Positions 26,187-38,876 of a stretch of DNA of 64,000 bases are shown in pieces. The notes under the pieces were generated by a model. That model did no database searches and was not told the origin of the DNA. It worked only from the letters and a program-made list of their open reading frames with translations. The first letter of the stretch is position 1, and each line of letters opens with the position of its first letter. The stretch spans positions 39,051,555-39,115,554 of the forward strand of contig NC_057713.1 in the NCBI RefSeq assembly GCF_004010195.1. Direction: 5' to 3'. The position numbers and the translations under genes are program-made. The stretch is from Chiloscyllium plagiosum (Eukaryota).

Positions 26187-26394
26187 AAGATTAGAGTAGT
26201 GTTGGAAAAGCATAGCAGGTCAGGCAGCATCTGAAGAGCAGTAAAATCGATGTTTTGGGCAAAAGCCCTTCATCAGGAATCTCAAAACGTTGATTTTCCA
26301 GCTCCTCAGATACTGCCTGACCTGCTGTGCTTTTCGAGCACTACTCTTATCTTGACTCTCATCTCCAGCATCTGCAGTACCCAATTTCGCCTAT
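26187..26394. mobile_element. Older fold-back Penelope-terminal-repeat insertion
   Basis: Imperfect inverted arms; TSD CACATAGTCT at 26177-26186 and 26395-26404; empty site at ~28210. Confidence 0.85.
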
Positions 26395-27211
26395 CACATA
26401 GTCTTAAGCCTGTTTTCACCTGGGATTTAGATATATATTGCTATCCCTTCCATGTAATTGTGATGTGACTGTGTTCAAACTACAGACCAAACCTATGCAG
26501 TGCACACATGAGGTAGCAACATTACAGATATATAGATCCTGCGTGATACTTGTAATGTCTCTAAATTGTATGAATGAGTGATGCACTACATTGTACTTTT
26601 ATCGAGCTGAAAGAAATTACATTGATTAGTTCCAGTAACATTCAATGGAGCTATATATGTCTCATAATGGAGACATATATAACACATTCAAAAGTAAGAC
26701 CTGTAAGTATGTAAAGTATCACATTAGATCTGAGAAGTTCTACAACATTGACCACAAATAAAGTGCCTAATGATTGTTAGGAAAGTAGGAAGGTTAGCAG
26801 ACCACAACAGCAAGGTACTGCGGATGCTGGAAATCTAAAACGAAAACAGAAACTGCTGGAAATAAACAGGTCTAGAATCAAAAGGAAATTCGGACAGGAG
26901 TGGGGGAGAACGGATACTCAATTCTGAGGAAGTCTGCTAACAAATTACAGAAGGGCATTAATAAACTTGCAGAGTGGAAAAATAATTGGCAAATCAATTT
27001 CAACACCGATTATATTTTCTAGGAAAAATAAGGAACTATGGCAAAACAGAACTGCCTTGTGTGGTGAAAGATGTACAATCTGTCGGTAAGCTATGTTTTG
27101 TTTTGTTAAATGCATTCAATATGTAAATTGACATATATTCAATGCATTATTGAACAACTAGATGCTGATCTTCTTCATAGATCACTACACTAGTTGTACA
27201 TCTTTAATTCA

Positions 27212-27426
27212 TGATTCGGAGATGCCGGTGTTGGACTGGGGTGTACAAAGTTAAAAATCACACAACACCAGGTTATAGTCCAACAGGTTTAATTGGAAGC
27301 ACACTAGCTTTCGGAGCGACGCTCCTTCATCAGGTGACAATCACCTGATGAAGGAGCGTCGCTCCGAAAGCTAGTGTGCTTCCAATTAAACCTGTTGGAC
27401 TATAACCTGGTGTTGTGTGATTTTTA
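27212..27426. mobile_element. Fold-back Penelope-terminal-repeat insertion with target-site duplication
   Basis: Perfect 86-bp arms 27252-27337 / 27341-27426 with 3-nt loop; TCTTTAATTCA duplicated at 27201-27211 and 27427-27437; empty site at ~25730. Confidence 0.9.
27342..27376 (+). ncRNA. Minimal hammerhead ribozyme motif (mirror copy on minus strand at 27302-27336)
   Basis: CAC-CUGAUGA-A-GGAGC-guc-GCUCC-GAAA-GCUA-GUG: both catalytic boxes, stem I CAC/GUG, stem II, self-complementary AGCU in place of stem III. Confidence 0.75.
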
Positions 27427-27752
27427 TCTTTAATTCAGCCAGTGAACCGGGCTGATCCATTAGATCAATGAAATGTCATTGCAAGAATTTTTCTGCATCT
27501 TGATGTGAACACATACAGAACGATGGTGTTCGTGCTCTTAAGAAGGCTTCAATATCAAATTGACCTGAGTTCATCTTCAATTAATATTCAGCTGGCTGGG
27601 TCCTAAACTCTGGAAGCCTTCCCTAAACCTCTTTACCTTTGTCTTCCTTTGATCAGGTCTATCTTACTGGGACCTTGAGTGGCTCAGTGTGAAATCTTAT
27701 TTAATAGCCTGAAGCTCCTTGGAATATTCTATTCTATTGAAGGTGCCTTTTA

Positions 27753-28076
27753 GTGGGCGGCACGGTGGCACAGTGGTTAGCACTGCTGCCTCACAGCGCC
27801 GGAGACCCGGGTTCAATTCCCGCCTCAGGCGACTGACTGTGTGGAGTTTGCACATTCTCCCCGTGTCTGCGTGGGTTTCCTCCGGGTGCTCCGGTTTCCT
27901 CCCACAGTCCAAAGATGTGCAGGTCAGGTGAATTGGCCATGCTAAATTGCCCGCAGTGTTAGGTAAGGGGTAAATGTAGGGGTATGAGTGGGTTTCGCTT
28001 CGGCGGGGCGGTGTGGACTTGTTGGGCCGAAGGGCCTGTTTCCACACTGTAATGTAATGTAATCTAATCTAATCTA
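27753..28076 (+). mobile_element. HE1-type SINE, full length
   Basis: A box TGGCACAGTGG, B box GGTTCAATTCC, (TAATG/TAATC)n tail; empty site in the sister tandem unit at ~26022-26040. Confidence 0.9.
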
Positions 28077-29275
28077 AATGCCTTTGTATCAGTTATCCAT
28101 AATTGAAATGTGCTTTTAGATTTTTATCTTGTAGTACCTCACTCAATTTATTTTTCTAATAAGGCTAAGTGTTAAGCATCAATAGACTAATTGACCAAGT
28201 GAGGTCAGCACACAAAGTCTAAGCCTGTTTTCACCGGGGATTTAGATATGTATTGCTACCCCTTCCATGTACTTGTGATGTGACTGAATTCAAACTACAG
28301 ACCAAACCTATGCAGTGCACACACATGGGGTAGCAACATTACAGATACATAAATCTTGTGTGATACTTGTAATGTCCCTAAATTGTATGAATGAGTGATG
28401 CACTATATTGAACTTTTATCAACCTAAAAGAAATTAAATTGGTTAGTTCCTGTAACATTCAGTGGAGCTATATATGTCTCATAATGGAGTTTCCTGATTA
28501 CATACTTGCAAGTCTTACTTTTGAATGGTGTTAAGTATCACATTAGATCTGAGAAGTTCTACAACATTGACCACAAATAAAGTGCCTAATGATTGTTAGG
28601 AAAGTAGGAAGGTTAGCAGACCACAACAGCAAAGTACTGCGGATGCTGGAAATCTAAAACGAAAACAGAAACTGCTGGAAATAAACAGGTCTAGAATCAA
28701 AAGGAAATTCGGACAGGAGTGGGGGAGAACGGATACTCAATTCTGAGGAAGTCTGCTAACAAATTACAGAAGGGCATTAATAAACTTGCAGAGTGGAAAA
28801 ATAATTGGCAAATCAATTTCAACACCGATTATATTTTCTAGGAAAAATAAGGAGGTCACTAATTACTTGGAAGGTGCAGTCTACGTAAGGTAGTGGTATA
28901 CTGTAAAGGGGGTCAGGGAGAATAAATACAACAATTGCTAAAAGTTGTGCCAAAAGTTAGCTCAGTCATTAAAAATAAAGTACAGCAAACACCAGTCTTT
29001 ATTTCATGAGGGACAGAATTGAAAAGTAGGGAAGCTATGCTCAACCTATATCAAACCTTGCTTAGACTACACTGAGTGTACTGCATAATGTTCTGGTCAT
29101 TATATTATGTAAATTGCTACACAGCAATAACTTGTATAACATCTGTAATTTAATGAACAGGCACTTCACAGGAGCATTATAAACAACGTATGTCACAGAG
29201 ACAGGTGAGATATTGGGTCAGGTTCAGTACTCAGAAGTGTCTTCTCAGAGAAAAATAGAGAATGACTGTAAAGAA

Positions 29276-29662
29276 GTTAAAAATCACACAACACCAGGTT
29301 ATAGTCCAACAGGTTTAACTGGAAGCAATCACCTGATGAAGAAGCAGCGCTCCAAAAGCTCGTGTGCTTCCAGTTAAACCTGCTGGACTTTAACCTGGTT
29401 TTGTGCGATTTTTAACTTTGTACACCCCAGTCCAACATCGGTATCTTTGAGGAGAAAGTGAGGTCTGCAGATGCTGGAGATCAGAGCTGGAAATGTGTTG
29501 CTGGAAAAGCGCAGCAGGTCAGGCAGCATCCAGGGAACAGGAGAATCGACGTTTCGGGCATAAGCCCTTATGCCCGAAACGTCGATTCTCCTGTTCCCTG
29601 GATGCTGCCTGACCTGCTGCGCTTTTCCAGCAACACATTTCCAACATCGGTATCTCCAAATC
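29276..29662. mobile_element. Two nested fold-back Penelope-terminal-repeat insertions
   Basis: Outer TSD ATGACTGTAAAGAA (29262-29275, 29663-29676); inner TSD CCAACATCGGTATCT (29432-29446, 29641-29655); inner perfect 76-bp arms 29489-29564 / 29567-29642. Confidence 0.9.
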
Positions 29663-30333
29663 ATGACTGTAAAGAATGCAGAGAAGAATTATAAGGATGA
29701 TACCATAAATGCGTGGATAGACATAGAAGGAAAGGATTAACAGATGAGGTCTGTTATTCTTGGGAAAAAAGGCTGAAAGGAGACCTTTAAAATTACTAAA
29801 GATTTTGATAGAGTGCTCACAGTAAGTTGCTTCTTGTGGGGAAGAGCATAACTACAGGCCATCAATATAGGATGTCACCACATTCAAAAGGGAAATCAAA
29901 AGTAACAATCTACCTGAATTGTGAAACTTCCTGCCACAGGATTTGGTTAAATCCTATAGTTAAGAATTCAAGGCACAGGTAAACGAGCAGATTTGGGAGA
30001 AGGGAGTAAAGGTTTGAATCGGTAAGGTGAGAAAATTCAAGTCGAGCAAAACCACTGGCATGAAACAAATACAGTCAATGCTGGAGAAACTCAGCAGGTC
30101 TGGTAGTATGTGTGAAAAGAGAAACAGAATTAATGTTGAGTCCAGTATGATTCTTCAGAACCACTGGCATTGACTGGTTGACCCAAATGGCCCGTTTCTG
30201 TGCCATATAATTCCATGAAATCTAATACATGTGTGGTTAAAAGAAAAAGTGTTAAGTATGAAGAGGACCTTGCATCTGTTCTGCTCTGCAATTGTATTCT
30301 TCAGTTAATTTAATATTTTTATTTAAATCTCAG

Positions 30334-30483
30334 AATTAGATGTTCCACCTCATTCTCCATTTGATGAATTATCTGAAGAAGAGGCTTTGCAAATTGAAGC
30401 AAGTCCTTCACTCCCTCCTACCTCATTTACCTTGTGTGACTATGTTGACCAGTCAGAGACGCTAACCAAGCTGGTCCTTCTAG
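30334..30483 (+). CDS. MTERF3: MTERF3 coding exon 2
   Basis: (E)[49 protein letters not shown](G); ctcAG / GTATGT; 150 nt. Confidence 0.93.
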
Positions 30484-30555
30484 GTATGTAATGATTCTAT
30501 GAAAATAAATCTAAATAATTAAAGTGCTTTGGGGGCATTGATGCAGCAGACTGTC

Positions 30556-31032
30556 CTGGCTGACTCTTACTCACAAGTGCTAGCTATCTTTATTTGCCCA
30601 AGCTTCATGTTAATTTTCTTTTATTTAACTTCCACTCAAGAATTAAATTATTGTGGATCGCAGACATCTGAAACGACAGAAAAGAGAAGGACAGTCAGTC
30701 CACTGAGTATTTCCAATACAGACATGGTGTTATTAAGAATTATGATTCCAAATGGTAACTCGTAAAAGGTGCAAAAACATAGGAAAACAACTGGAGAGTA
30801 CTGGAGAAAAGAAAATGAAGTTGATGATCCTTGATAGAAAAAAAATCTCTTGCAACCTAAGTTAGTTCTGTGCTTATTTGACTAACTCTTTCATTACTTT
30901 TAATACTCCTTTCAAATCTTTCCAAAGTCCAGTTATTTAGATGAAAAAATTCTCTGCTGTCTAATTCTATGCTGATAGCTAGGAGATTTCAAAGTAGTTA
31001 TTATTCTCATGGCCTTCCTCTGACCTTTTTTT
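30556..31032 (+). repeat. ~470-bp intronic segment, copy 1 (direct repeat with 50311-50778)
   Basis: CCTGGCTGACTCTTACTCA...TTCCTCTGACCTTTTTTTA shared, with scattered substitutions and indels. Confidence 0.93.
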
Positions 31033-31972
31033 AATAATTAAGAAAAATCCATTTCTCAAAATAGAGACCTTCCATATGAACCATAAAATACAACCTTTAA
31101 ACTGAACTTTTCCCGTTTATATTTATGGTTTGCTTTCATTATGCATTATTCTTGTTTCGTAAGTCAATTCTCCTTCAGTACTTCCTCGATATCCAGGATT
31201 TTCTGGACTTGGTCCCACCCTTCACTTTTACAGGAATATGTTGGTCCTGTGCTTGCACTATTTCCTTTTTGAAAGTCTTCTACTGCTCTCATGTCAAACT
31301 TCCTACAAGTTGCTGTTCCAAAAGGGATAGTACGGAAGGGTGATACTTGGGAGGGAAAAATGATGAACAAGAGTGAGGAAAATTTAGGAGAAAAAGGCTG
31401 GAGACAAATAATCAGAAGAGAACACATATTATCAGAAGCAGATGAAAATTAGAAAACAACTTTTTTTTTACATGTAAGCAATGCTACAGGAGATCAACAG
31501 TACATTTGAAAACAAGTGATAAGGGAGCTTTCCCGTACAATTGGAGCTGTGATCACACCAATGAAGAGAATTCTACCATAACTCAGCACATGGCCTGCTT
31601 GAAACACAAAGATGTGCTTCAAGAAAAAGGTGTTCAGTTCAATCAACTAAAAAACAGAAAAAAAACGTTTAATGAACTCAAATAACTTTTTAAACTTTCT
31701 TAATATGCCATGAAATTGTAAATAATTTCAATGTCCCTCATGGAGGTATTAGAACTGTTAACTATTTCACAATATACTTGCTAACTTTCACAAGCTAAAA
31801 CTTGGATGTCTACCAGCTGAATGACACACCTTGATAAAATATTCAACAGATGAATTCAAGGTTTTCTATTGGTTGATATTAATGTAATCTACTAAGTTAA
31901 AGCTTACTGGATATACAAGAAACATTTTACCGACATGAAACCTGCATGTAATGACATACATGTTGATAGAGT

Positions 31973-32143
31973 ACAGCTGGAACTGACAACCGGAAGCTGC
32001 AGAGACAAACCACTATAAATGCCGGAGGAAACATCACAGAAGCACTTCACAGGAGGCTCCCAAGCACTGAGGATGTCACCTAGACGGGGGACGAAACATC
32101 TGCAACACAAATTCCCAGCTCGGCGAACAGAACCACAACACAT
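31973..32143 (+). mobile_element. Solo Penelope-type terminal repeat (same family as 62961-64000)
   Basis: Near-identical to 63885-64000; hammerhead core at 32067-32100. Confidence 0.85.
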
Positions 32144-32844
32144 CCACAAATACTGCAAAGGTTAAAATGTAAGGGCTGACGTTGGCAGAATTAGCAGAGT
32201 GCTAATCTCAGAGAGTTATGGGGCTGGAGCAAACTAAGAAGTCAGGAGGAAATGAAATCATGGAGGAATTTGAAAACAAGGATGAAAATTTTAAAATCAT
32301 AATGATGCTTGATCAGAAGGCAATGAAAATCAGCAAACAGAATGGTGACAGAGAAATGGAACTTACTGCAAGTTAAGATACGGGCCTTAGAGTTTTAAAT
32401 AAGCTCAAGTTTATGTGGGAGATTAGCCAGGAGTGTACTGGAAGAGTGGAGTTTGCAGATAACAAAGGCAAGAAGAAGGGATTTCAAGATCATTTCAGAG
32501 AAGAATGAAATCAATGAAGTAACATGTTGTAGAAATGCAAACTAGACATCAGATTTGTATTTATTTCATCGTATATTAAAAATAAGCAGTGAAATTTGAT
32601 AAGACTACATCCTTCACAGTTACATGAACATTAATTCCTGCAGAGACTGTTGCTATCCTTATAACTACAAGATTTTCAACCAAGTATAGTATCTATGTTG
32701 AAGGTTCCATACAATTTAAAACACCAGCTTTCATTCTCCCTCCATTCCACCCAGACTTGACTTAAAATTAATTAATAACTACCAAAATATGCTTCAATTC
32801 TCATCAGGTTTTCATCCCATCAGTTCAAAGCCCCACATTCAATA

Positions 32845-33040
32845 GAGTTGAGAGTGTGTGCTGGAAAAGCACGGCAGGTCAGGCAGCATCCGAGGAGCAG
32901 GAGAATCGACCTTTCGGGCATAAGCCCTTCATCAGGAACACCTGAAAGTCGATTCTCCTGCTCCTTGGATGCTGCCTATGTTTTTCCAGCACCACACTCT
33001 CGACTCTGATCTCCGGCATCTGCAGTCCTCACTTTCTTCA
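32845..33040. mobile_element. Fold-back Penelope-terminal-repeat insertion (truncated counterpart at 3827-3918)
   Basis: Inverted arms; CTGATGAAGGGCTTATGCCCGAAA on the minus strand. Confidence 0.8.
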
Positions 33041-36000
33041 CATACAGCAAAGAGATGAACTGTTAAATGTCAGTTAGATTTCCCGTAAGGAACAACACAG
33101 TTTCACGTACCTCACAGTCTCAAGCATTGAGCAGCTGAGCAAACACCAGCAGAATGTTCAACCAAAGGTGATGCAGTACTGTGCATTCAAAATAGTCCAG
33201 CTCAGGCCAAACCAATAAAGAGGTTTTATTAACTCACAAACCACTGGCTTATGGAAGTGAGAAAATGGGTCCGAGATTTCACAGTTATCTTACTGGCACG
33301 GCCAGACCTCCCTCTTTCCTCTTCACTTGTTTTACTCTCTCCCATTGTGTTATTTCTTTCTCATTTGGTGTTTCCTCTCTTTCCTTCATTTTTATCCCAC
33401 ACTTCTCACACCATTGACACTACAACATGGGGTTAAATAAAGTGACAGAAGAGTGAGAGATGCAATTTCAGGAGGATTGGGTATGAGCTAGAAGGTAGAG
33501 TGCGGAGGCAGATCCATCATCAGCACAACAGGATGCACAGTGGAGGACTGATCTGCTTTCACCAAATTTCTAGCCCCACTGAAATTGAAAGTTCCATCCA
33601 ATAAGTCACAAAGAAACATCTTTCTCAGTATGAGAGGTCACATTTGCTCTGCAGATTTAGGTTTGTTACCTGCCAGATAATTAGGAAGAGGTAGATTCCA
33701 GCCACTCTCTGAAAGGAGAATTTTGGGTCAAACCACCGAACGTATGTCCAGCTGGCCGGAGTAAACTGCAACACTGCCCTTTTCAGCTTTCCACTGGTTG
33801 TGTGGATTGCCCTGATGAAGACATGTAATATTAGTACGGGCATAACAGAAAATGAAAAACCCTTCTGTCATCGAACACAAAAAGTATACATTTTGGAAAT
33901 CATTGCTTTTGTTAGCTGTTGAAGTGGCTGTGAAGTTACAAAACTGGCAGGAGAGGTCATAAAGTGTTGGGGTATCTTTAGGCAACAGCAATTACAGTGT
34001 ATTAAAATCAAGGTCAAGAAGGATGCAAATAGGTCCAAGACCAAACTAATAAATTGGGAAAAAAAAATTTTGAGGTGATAAGAATGAAATTAGGGAAAAT
34101 AATCATTAAAAAAGCTAACAAAGAAATAGAAGAGTAATAGGAAGTATGTACAATGGTGATAAATAGGAAAATAATATATTGCACATAAAACAAGAGAAAG
34201 CTAATAACAGCACAGTATAAATAAGGAATGACAAATTGCATTTATATAGTGCTCTTCACAAGCATAGGATGCCTTCAAGTACCTGTATCTTCCAGGGGAT
34301 TAAGTATTTTTCAGAGTGTACAAACTGTTCTAATGCAGGTATTAATTATTTGGTCTCAGCAAACTCCCACGCACAACAAAAATAATGTCTTACACAAAAA
34401 CAGAAGTTGCTGAAAAAGCTCAGCAGGTCTGGCAACATCTGTGCAGAGAAATCAAAGTTAACGTTTCAGGTCCGGCGACACTTCCTCAGAACATTATATT
34501 AACTTTGATTTCTCTCCACATATGCCGACAGATCTGCTGAGCAAACTCGTTTTGCTTCTGATTTACAGCATCCACAGTTCTTTCGGTGTTTAAAAATAAT
34601 GACCTGATCATTTGTAGTTTTTGTGATGTTGTTCAAGGATGCATTAATCAAAAATAACTCCCCCGTTCTTCTTCAGAATAGTGCCGTGAATTTTTCATCC
34701 CGTCCAAAGAGACAGCTGGGACCTCTTCACAACTACACTCAATGTCCATCTTATTTTCACGATCAAGATCTGCAGCGGGTATTGAACCTGTGACCTTGTG
34801 ATTCAGAGGTGAGTGTTCTACCAAATCAGCCATGACCAACACACAGAGAAACAGATAGAGAAGCAAATAAAAGTAAAACTGAAACTAAAGAGAGAGAAAT
34901 AAAGAAAGTGGTCCTGTGGCATAGCAGCAGTGTCTCTGCCAGAGTATGTCTGGGTAGGTCCTGGGCCAGAAGCTCTGGGTTGTCCCACCTGTTCCAGAGC
35001 GATGTCATAACATGCCTGAATCAGGTTGATCTATAAAGGTAAGAAAGGAGATGACAACAAAGGGGAATGAGAAAAGTTGCAGGAAAAGAAAGAATTAAGA
35101 AAAACCATGAAGGGATAGAAAAGGAAAACAAAATTAGTCCACGAACACCATTTTAAACATTACAGTTCAGGTTTGGGACGGGTTCACTAAAGAACACAGT
35201 TGATAATATTTCTGCCAATTTGCTTTCTTTAAGTAATTACCCAGGAAACTAACACGGTGGACATGATATTACAAAAAGATACTAAGAAAAGACATAAATA
35301 CATGCAGGACAGAAAGATTGGGAGGGATAGAGGGGAAGAAGAAGCGATGACAATTAATGAAGTAATCATTCTGCAGAAAGGAAAAGAAAGAAACAGAAAA
35401 TATTGGAAATACTCAAGGCAGGCAACATGCTTGTCTTTAAACATGTGAACCGAGAAGAGTTGGAACAGAACAAAAGGGAAGCTCTTTTAACGTGAAAGAG
35501 AGGCGAAATTAAAGGAAATAAAGTGTTGATGGTGCAAGGCCAGAACAGTAATAATAGATAAAAACCAAAAGAACTGCAGATGTTGCAAATCAGAAATTGC
35601 TGGAAGACTGACCCAAAATGTTAACTCTGATTTTTCTCCACAGATGCTGTCTGACTTGCTGAGCTTTTCCAGCAATTTCTGTTTTGTGACAGTAATAATA
35701 GAACAAGGGAAGAAACAAAAGAAATGGCTAGAGAAGGTGTGATGGACAGCTGCCAGCCTGGAGCAAAGGAGAAGGTGGGAAAACCCGATAGAGGGGAAGA
35801 AGAATTGATAAAGTAATCATTATGGAGAATGGAAAAGAAGGTAACAGAAAATGTTGGAACTACTCAAGTCAGGCAACATGCTTGTTTTTAAACATGTGAA
35901 ATGAGGAGGGTTGGAATAGAACAAAAGGGAAGCTCTCCTAACATGGAAGAGAAGCAAAATTAAATGAAATTCAAGTGTTGTGGTGCAAGGCCAGAACAGT

Positions 36001-38603
36001 AATAATAGATAAAAAATCTAAAGAACAGCAGAAATTGCTGGAAAACTGACCCAAAATGTTAACTCTCCACAGATGCTGTCCGACCTGCTGAGCTTTTCCA
36101 GCAATTTTTGTTTTTGTGACTAATAATAGAACAAGGGAAGAAACAAAAGAAATGGCTAGAGAAGGTGTGATGGACAGCTGCCAGCCTGGGCAAAGGAGAA
36201 GGTGGGAAAACCGAAAACTGCGCAGGAATACACAAAAAGAAGGCGGAGATTGCAGTCTGAAATCAACAAACTCCAGTTTGAATGTGGAAGGCTATAATAT
36301 ACTTAATCTAAAGGTGACAAGCTGTTTTTTGAGCTTATGTTGAAATTTCATTGAAGGCTTGTATTGGAGAAGATAAAGTAATAATAGACCCTTTATCCTC
36401 AAGATGCACATTAAAGTACATTAGGAAACAGGTTGAAACTGTTTTATTCTGCTTGTTAAGATGTTTCTAACTGTCTTCTATATATGTCTACCTTTGGTTG
36501 CTTTTGTTCATCTTTTGTACAATAACCTCATATTATGAAAATACATGAGTTTCAGTAACAAATCACAACATTAACCAGGATGATCATCTGTTGGAATTAG
36601 AACACAAAGTTGTTACCAGGGGATTACTCTGCCCTTTCCACCCTTTACTGAGAAGGAAACTATCCCCACAACTCAGCAGAAAAATTAAAACGTTTATATG
36701 AATAAATGGGATCTTGCCAACATTGTGTACATCTTAAAAGCCAATTTAAAAATTAGATCACCGAATAAATGCTATTCCACTACTCAATTCTGTGATGAAA
36801 ACTGGAACTGCTTCCACGAATAACAGGGTTGCAGATTAACACTTTCTGCAGACCGACAAAGAATAGTTGCAGCAGAAAACACAAACCCACATAATACTCT
36901 CCAAGGAACAATTCTTGGGTCATTTACAAAATGTCTGGTGATCAGTTATAATGTTGGCTGAACAATATCTAATGAGCAAATGCTCCTGGAATCGACCTGT
37001 AAACTCACAGTTGCTCCCATGTCCGTGGGATTAAGTGTCTTAATGTATACAAAAGAGGTTGCAAACTGTAATTGAGGAAGGTTTCATTAAAGCAGCACAC
37101 ATGCTCCAATAACAAGTTATCAAAGTTATTTTTACAAAATCAAATGTTTTTTTTATTCCGTCATGGACATTATTAGCATTTGTTCCTAATTCCTAAATGC
37201 TATTGAGATTTATACATTTATACAAATTTTCAATGTTTTAAAATCATTACAGATTTACTCCAAGCAGCGGGAAACTAGATTGTAAACAGGATCAGGGACT
37301 TTGATTTCTTTTTCCCCCCACTAGTCGATGAAAGTGTGTCACAATTTTCCTTCTCAATGGAAAATAAATTGCTTTTTCAGCACAGATTGGGACATGAACC
37401 TAGATTGTGTCAATTTTCAGATTTAATGCTTGTAAAATTCAAAATAATATAACAAACACCAACCATCTGCCACTCATATGGCTTTGTGTAACAGCACAAG
37501 TAAATTTATTGTCACTCTGTTACTTGGTTTGGTAGTTAAAAAAATAATGTCTTGTTTATATTCTGTTCCCTTATTTAAAATGGATTAAATTGAGATTGAG
37601 ATGTCAAGATGCAGATGCAGTCCAAAATAACACAACACTGCTTCAAAATCTTTTAAAATTCAACTGCAAATCAGCAAAGAAACATTAAATTCATATTTCT
37701 GTAAAATTATGAATGTTGTTCCTTCATTGAGCCAGGGAGAAAGAAACCTCAACTGCCTCTCAGTAGCACTGCAGTTTCAACTTTTCTTGCTAAAATGTTG
37801 ATAATAGTGATCACAGAAACTGATTAAAAATAGGAAGAAAACTCAACTGCAAAAGACGAACTGTGACTATAATTGAATTTGGGTCTCCTTGCTAGGTACT
37901 GACCTATATTAGAACAAACCAGCAATCTCAGCCAAGAATTTCCATAGAATTACCCTTCAAAGTTTACTTATTTACAACAGAATAGGTAGGCATTGGATTC
38001 CAAATTGTATTATATCCTTCTCACCTTCTTAATAAATGTCAGGATATATACAACAAGTATTTTTACAGATATGTTTGGTTATATGCTGCCAAGAACAACA
38101 TGAGAAGAAAAAAATTAAAAATTTTCAACTAGTGATAACAAAAGAATATTTCTAAATTAATTTTGATTACAAGCTTTGACTATTCACTGCCATTTGTACG
38201 TCCAAGGGTCTAACTGCATCAATGCTCATCAGTTAGGTTTGACAGACTCCAGGATCATCACATCAACTGAAACAATAAAACATGTGATGTTTACAGAAAT
38301 CATACAAGTCAGTCACTTAGAGTCAGAGAGTCATAGAGAGGTACAGCATGGAAACAGACCCTTTGGTCCAAACCGTCCATGCTGACCAGATATCTAAACC
38401 CAATCTAGTCCCACCTGCCAGCACCTGGCCCACATCCCGCCAAACCCTTCCTATTCATATACCCAAAGGTGAAAGTGAAGAAAAATAAGAATACAAAAGT
38501 GCTAAATACAGCTGAATACTATAAATGAATGCAAAATGAATGAATTTAAATGAAGGAATAACTTTAATGCATCTTGGATTTTTCTCATTATAGAATAATG
38601 CTA

Positions 38604-38876
<273 letters not shown>

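Larger units (their letters stand above)
25558..28852 (+). repeat. Local tandem duplication (units 25558-27033 and 27034-28852) including the 3' end and donor of the first MTERF3 coding exon
   Basis: AACTATGGCAAAACAGAACTGCCTTGTGTGG starts both units; both end TATATTTTCTAGGAAAAATAAGG; the units carry different later insertions. Confidence 0.92.

Noticed and set aside
27753-27830. tRNA gene
   Set aside because: A/B boxes belong to the tRNA-derived head of a SINE and continue into SINE body and tail
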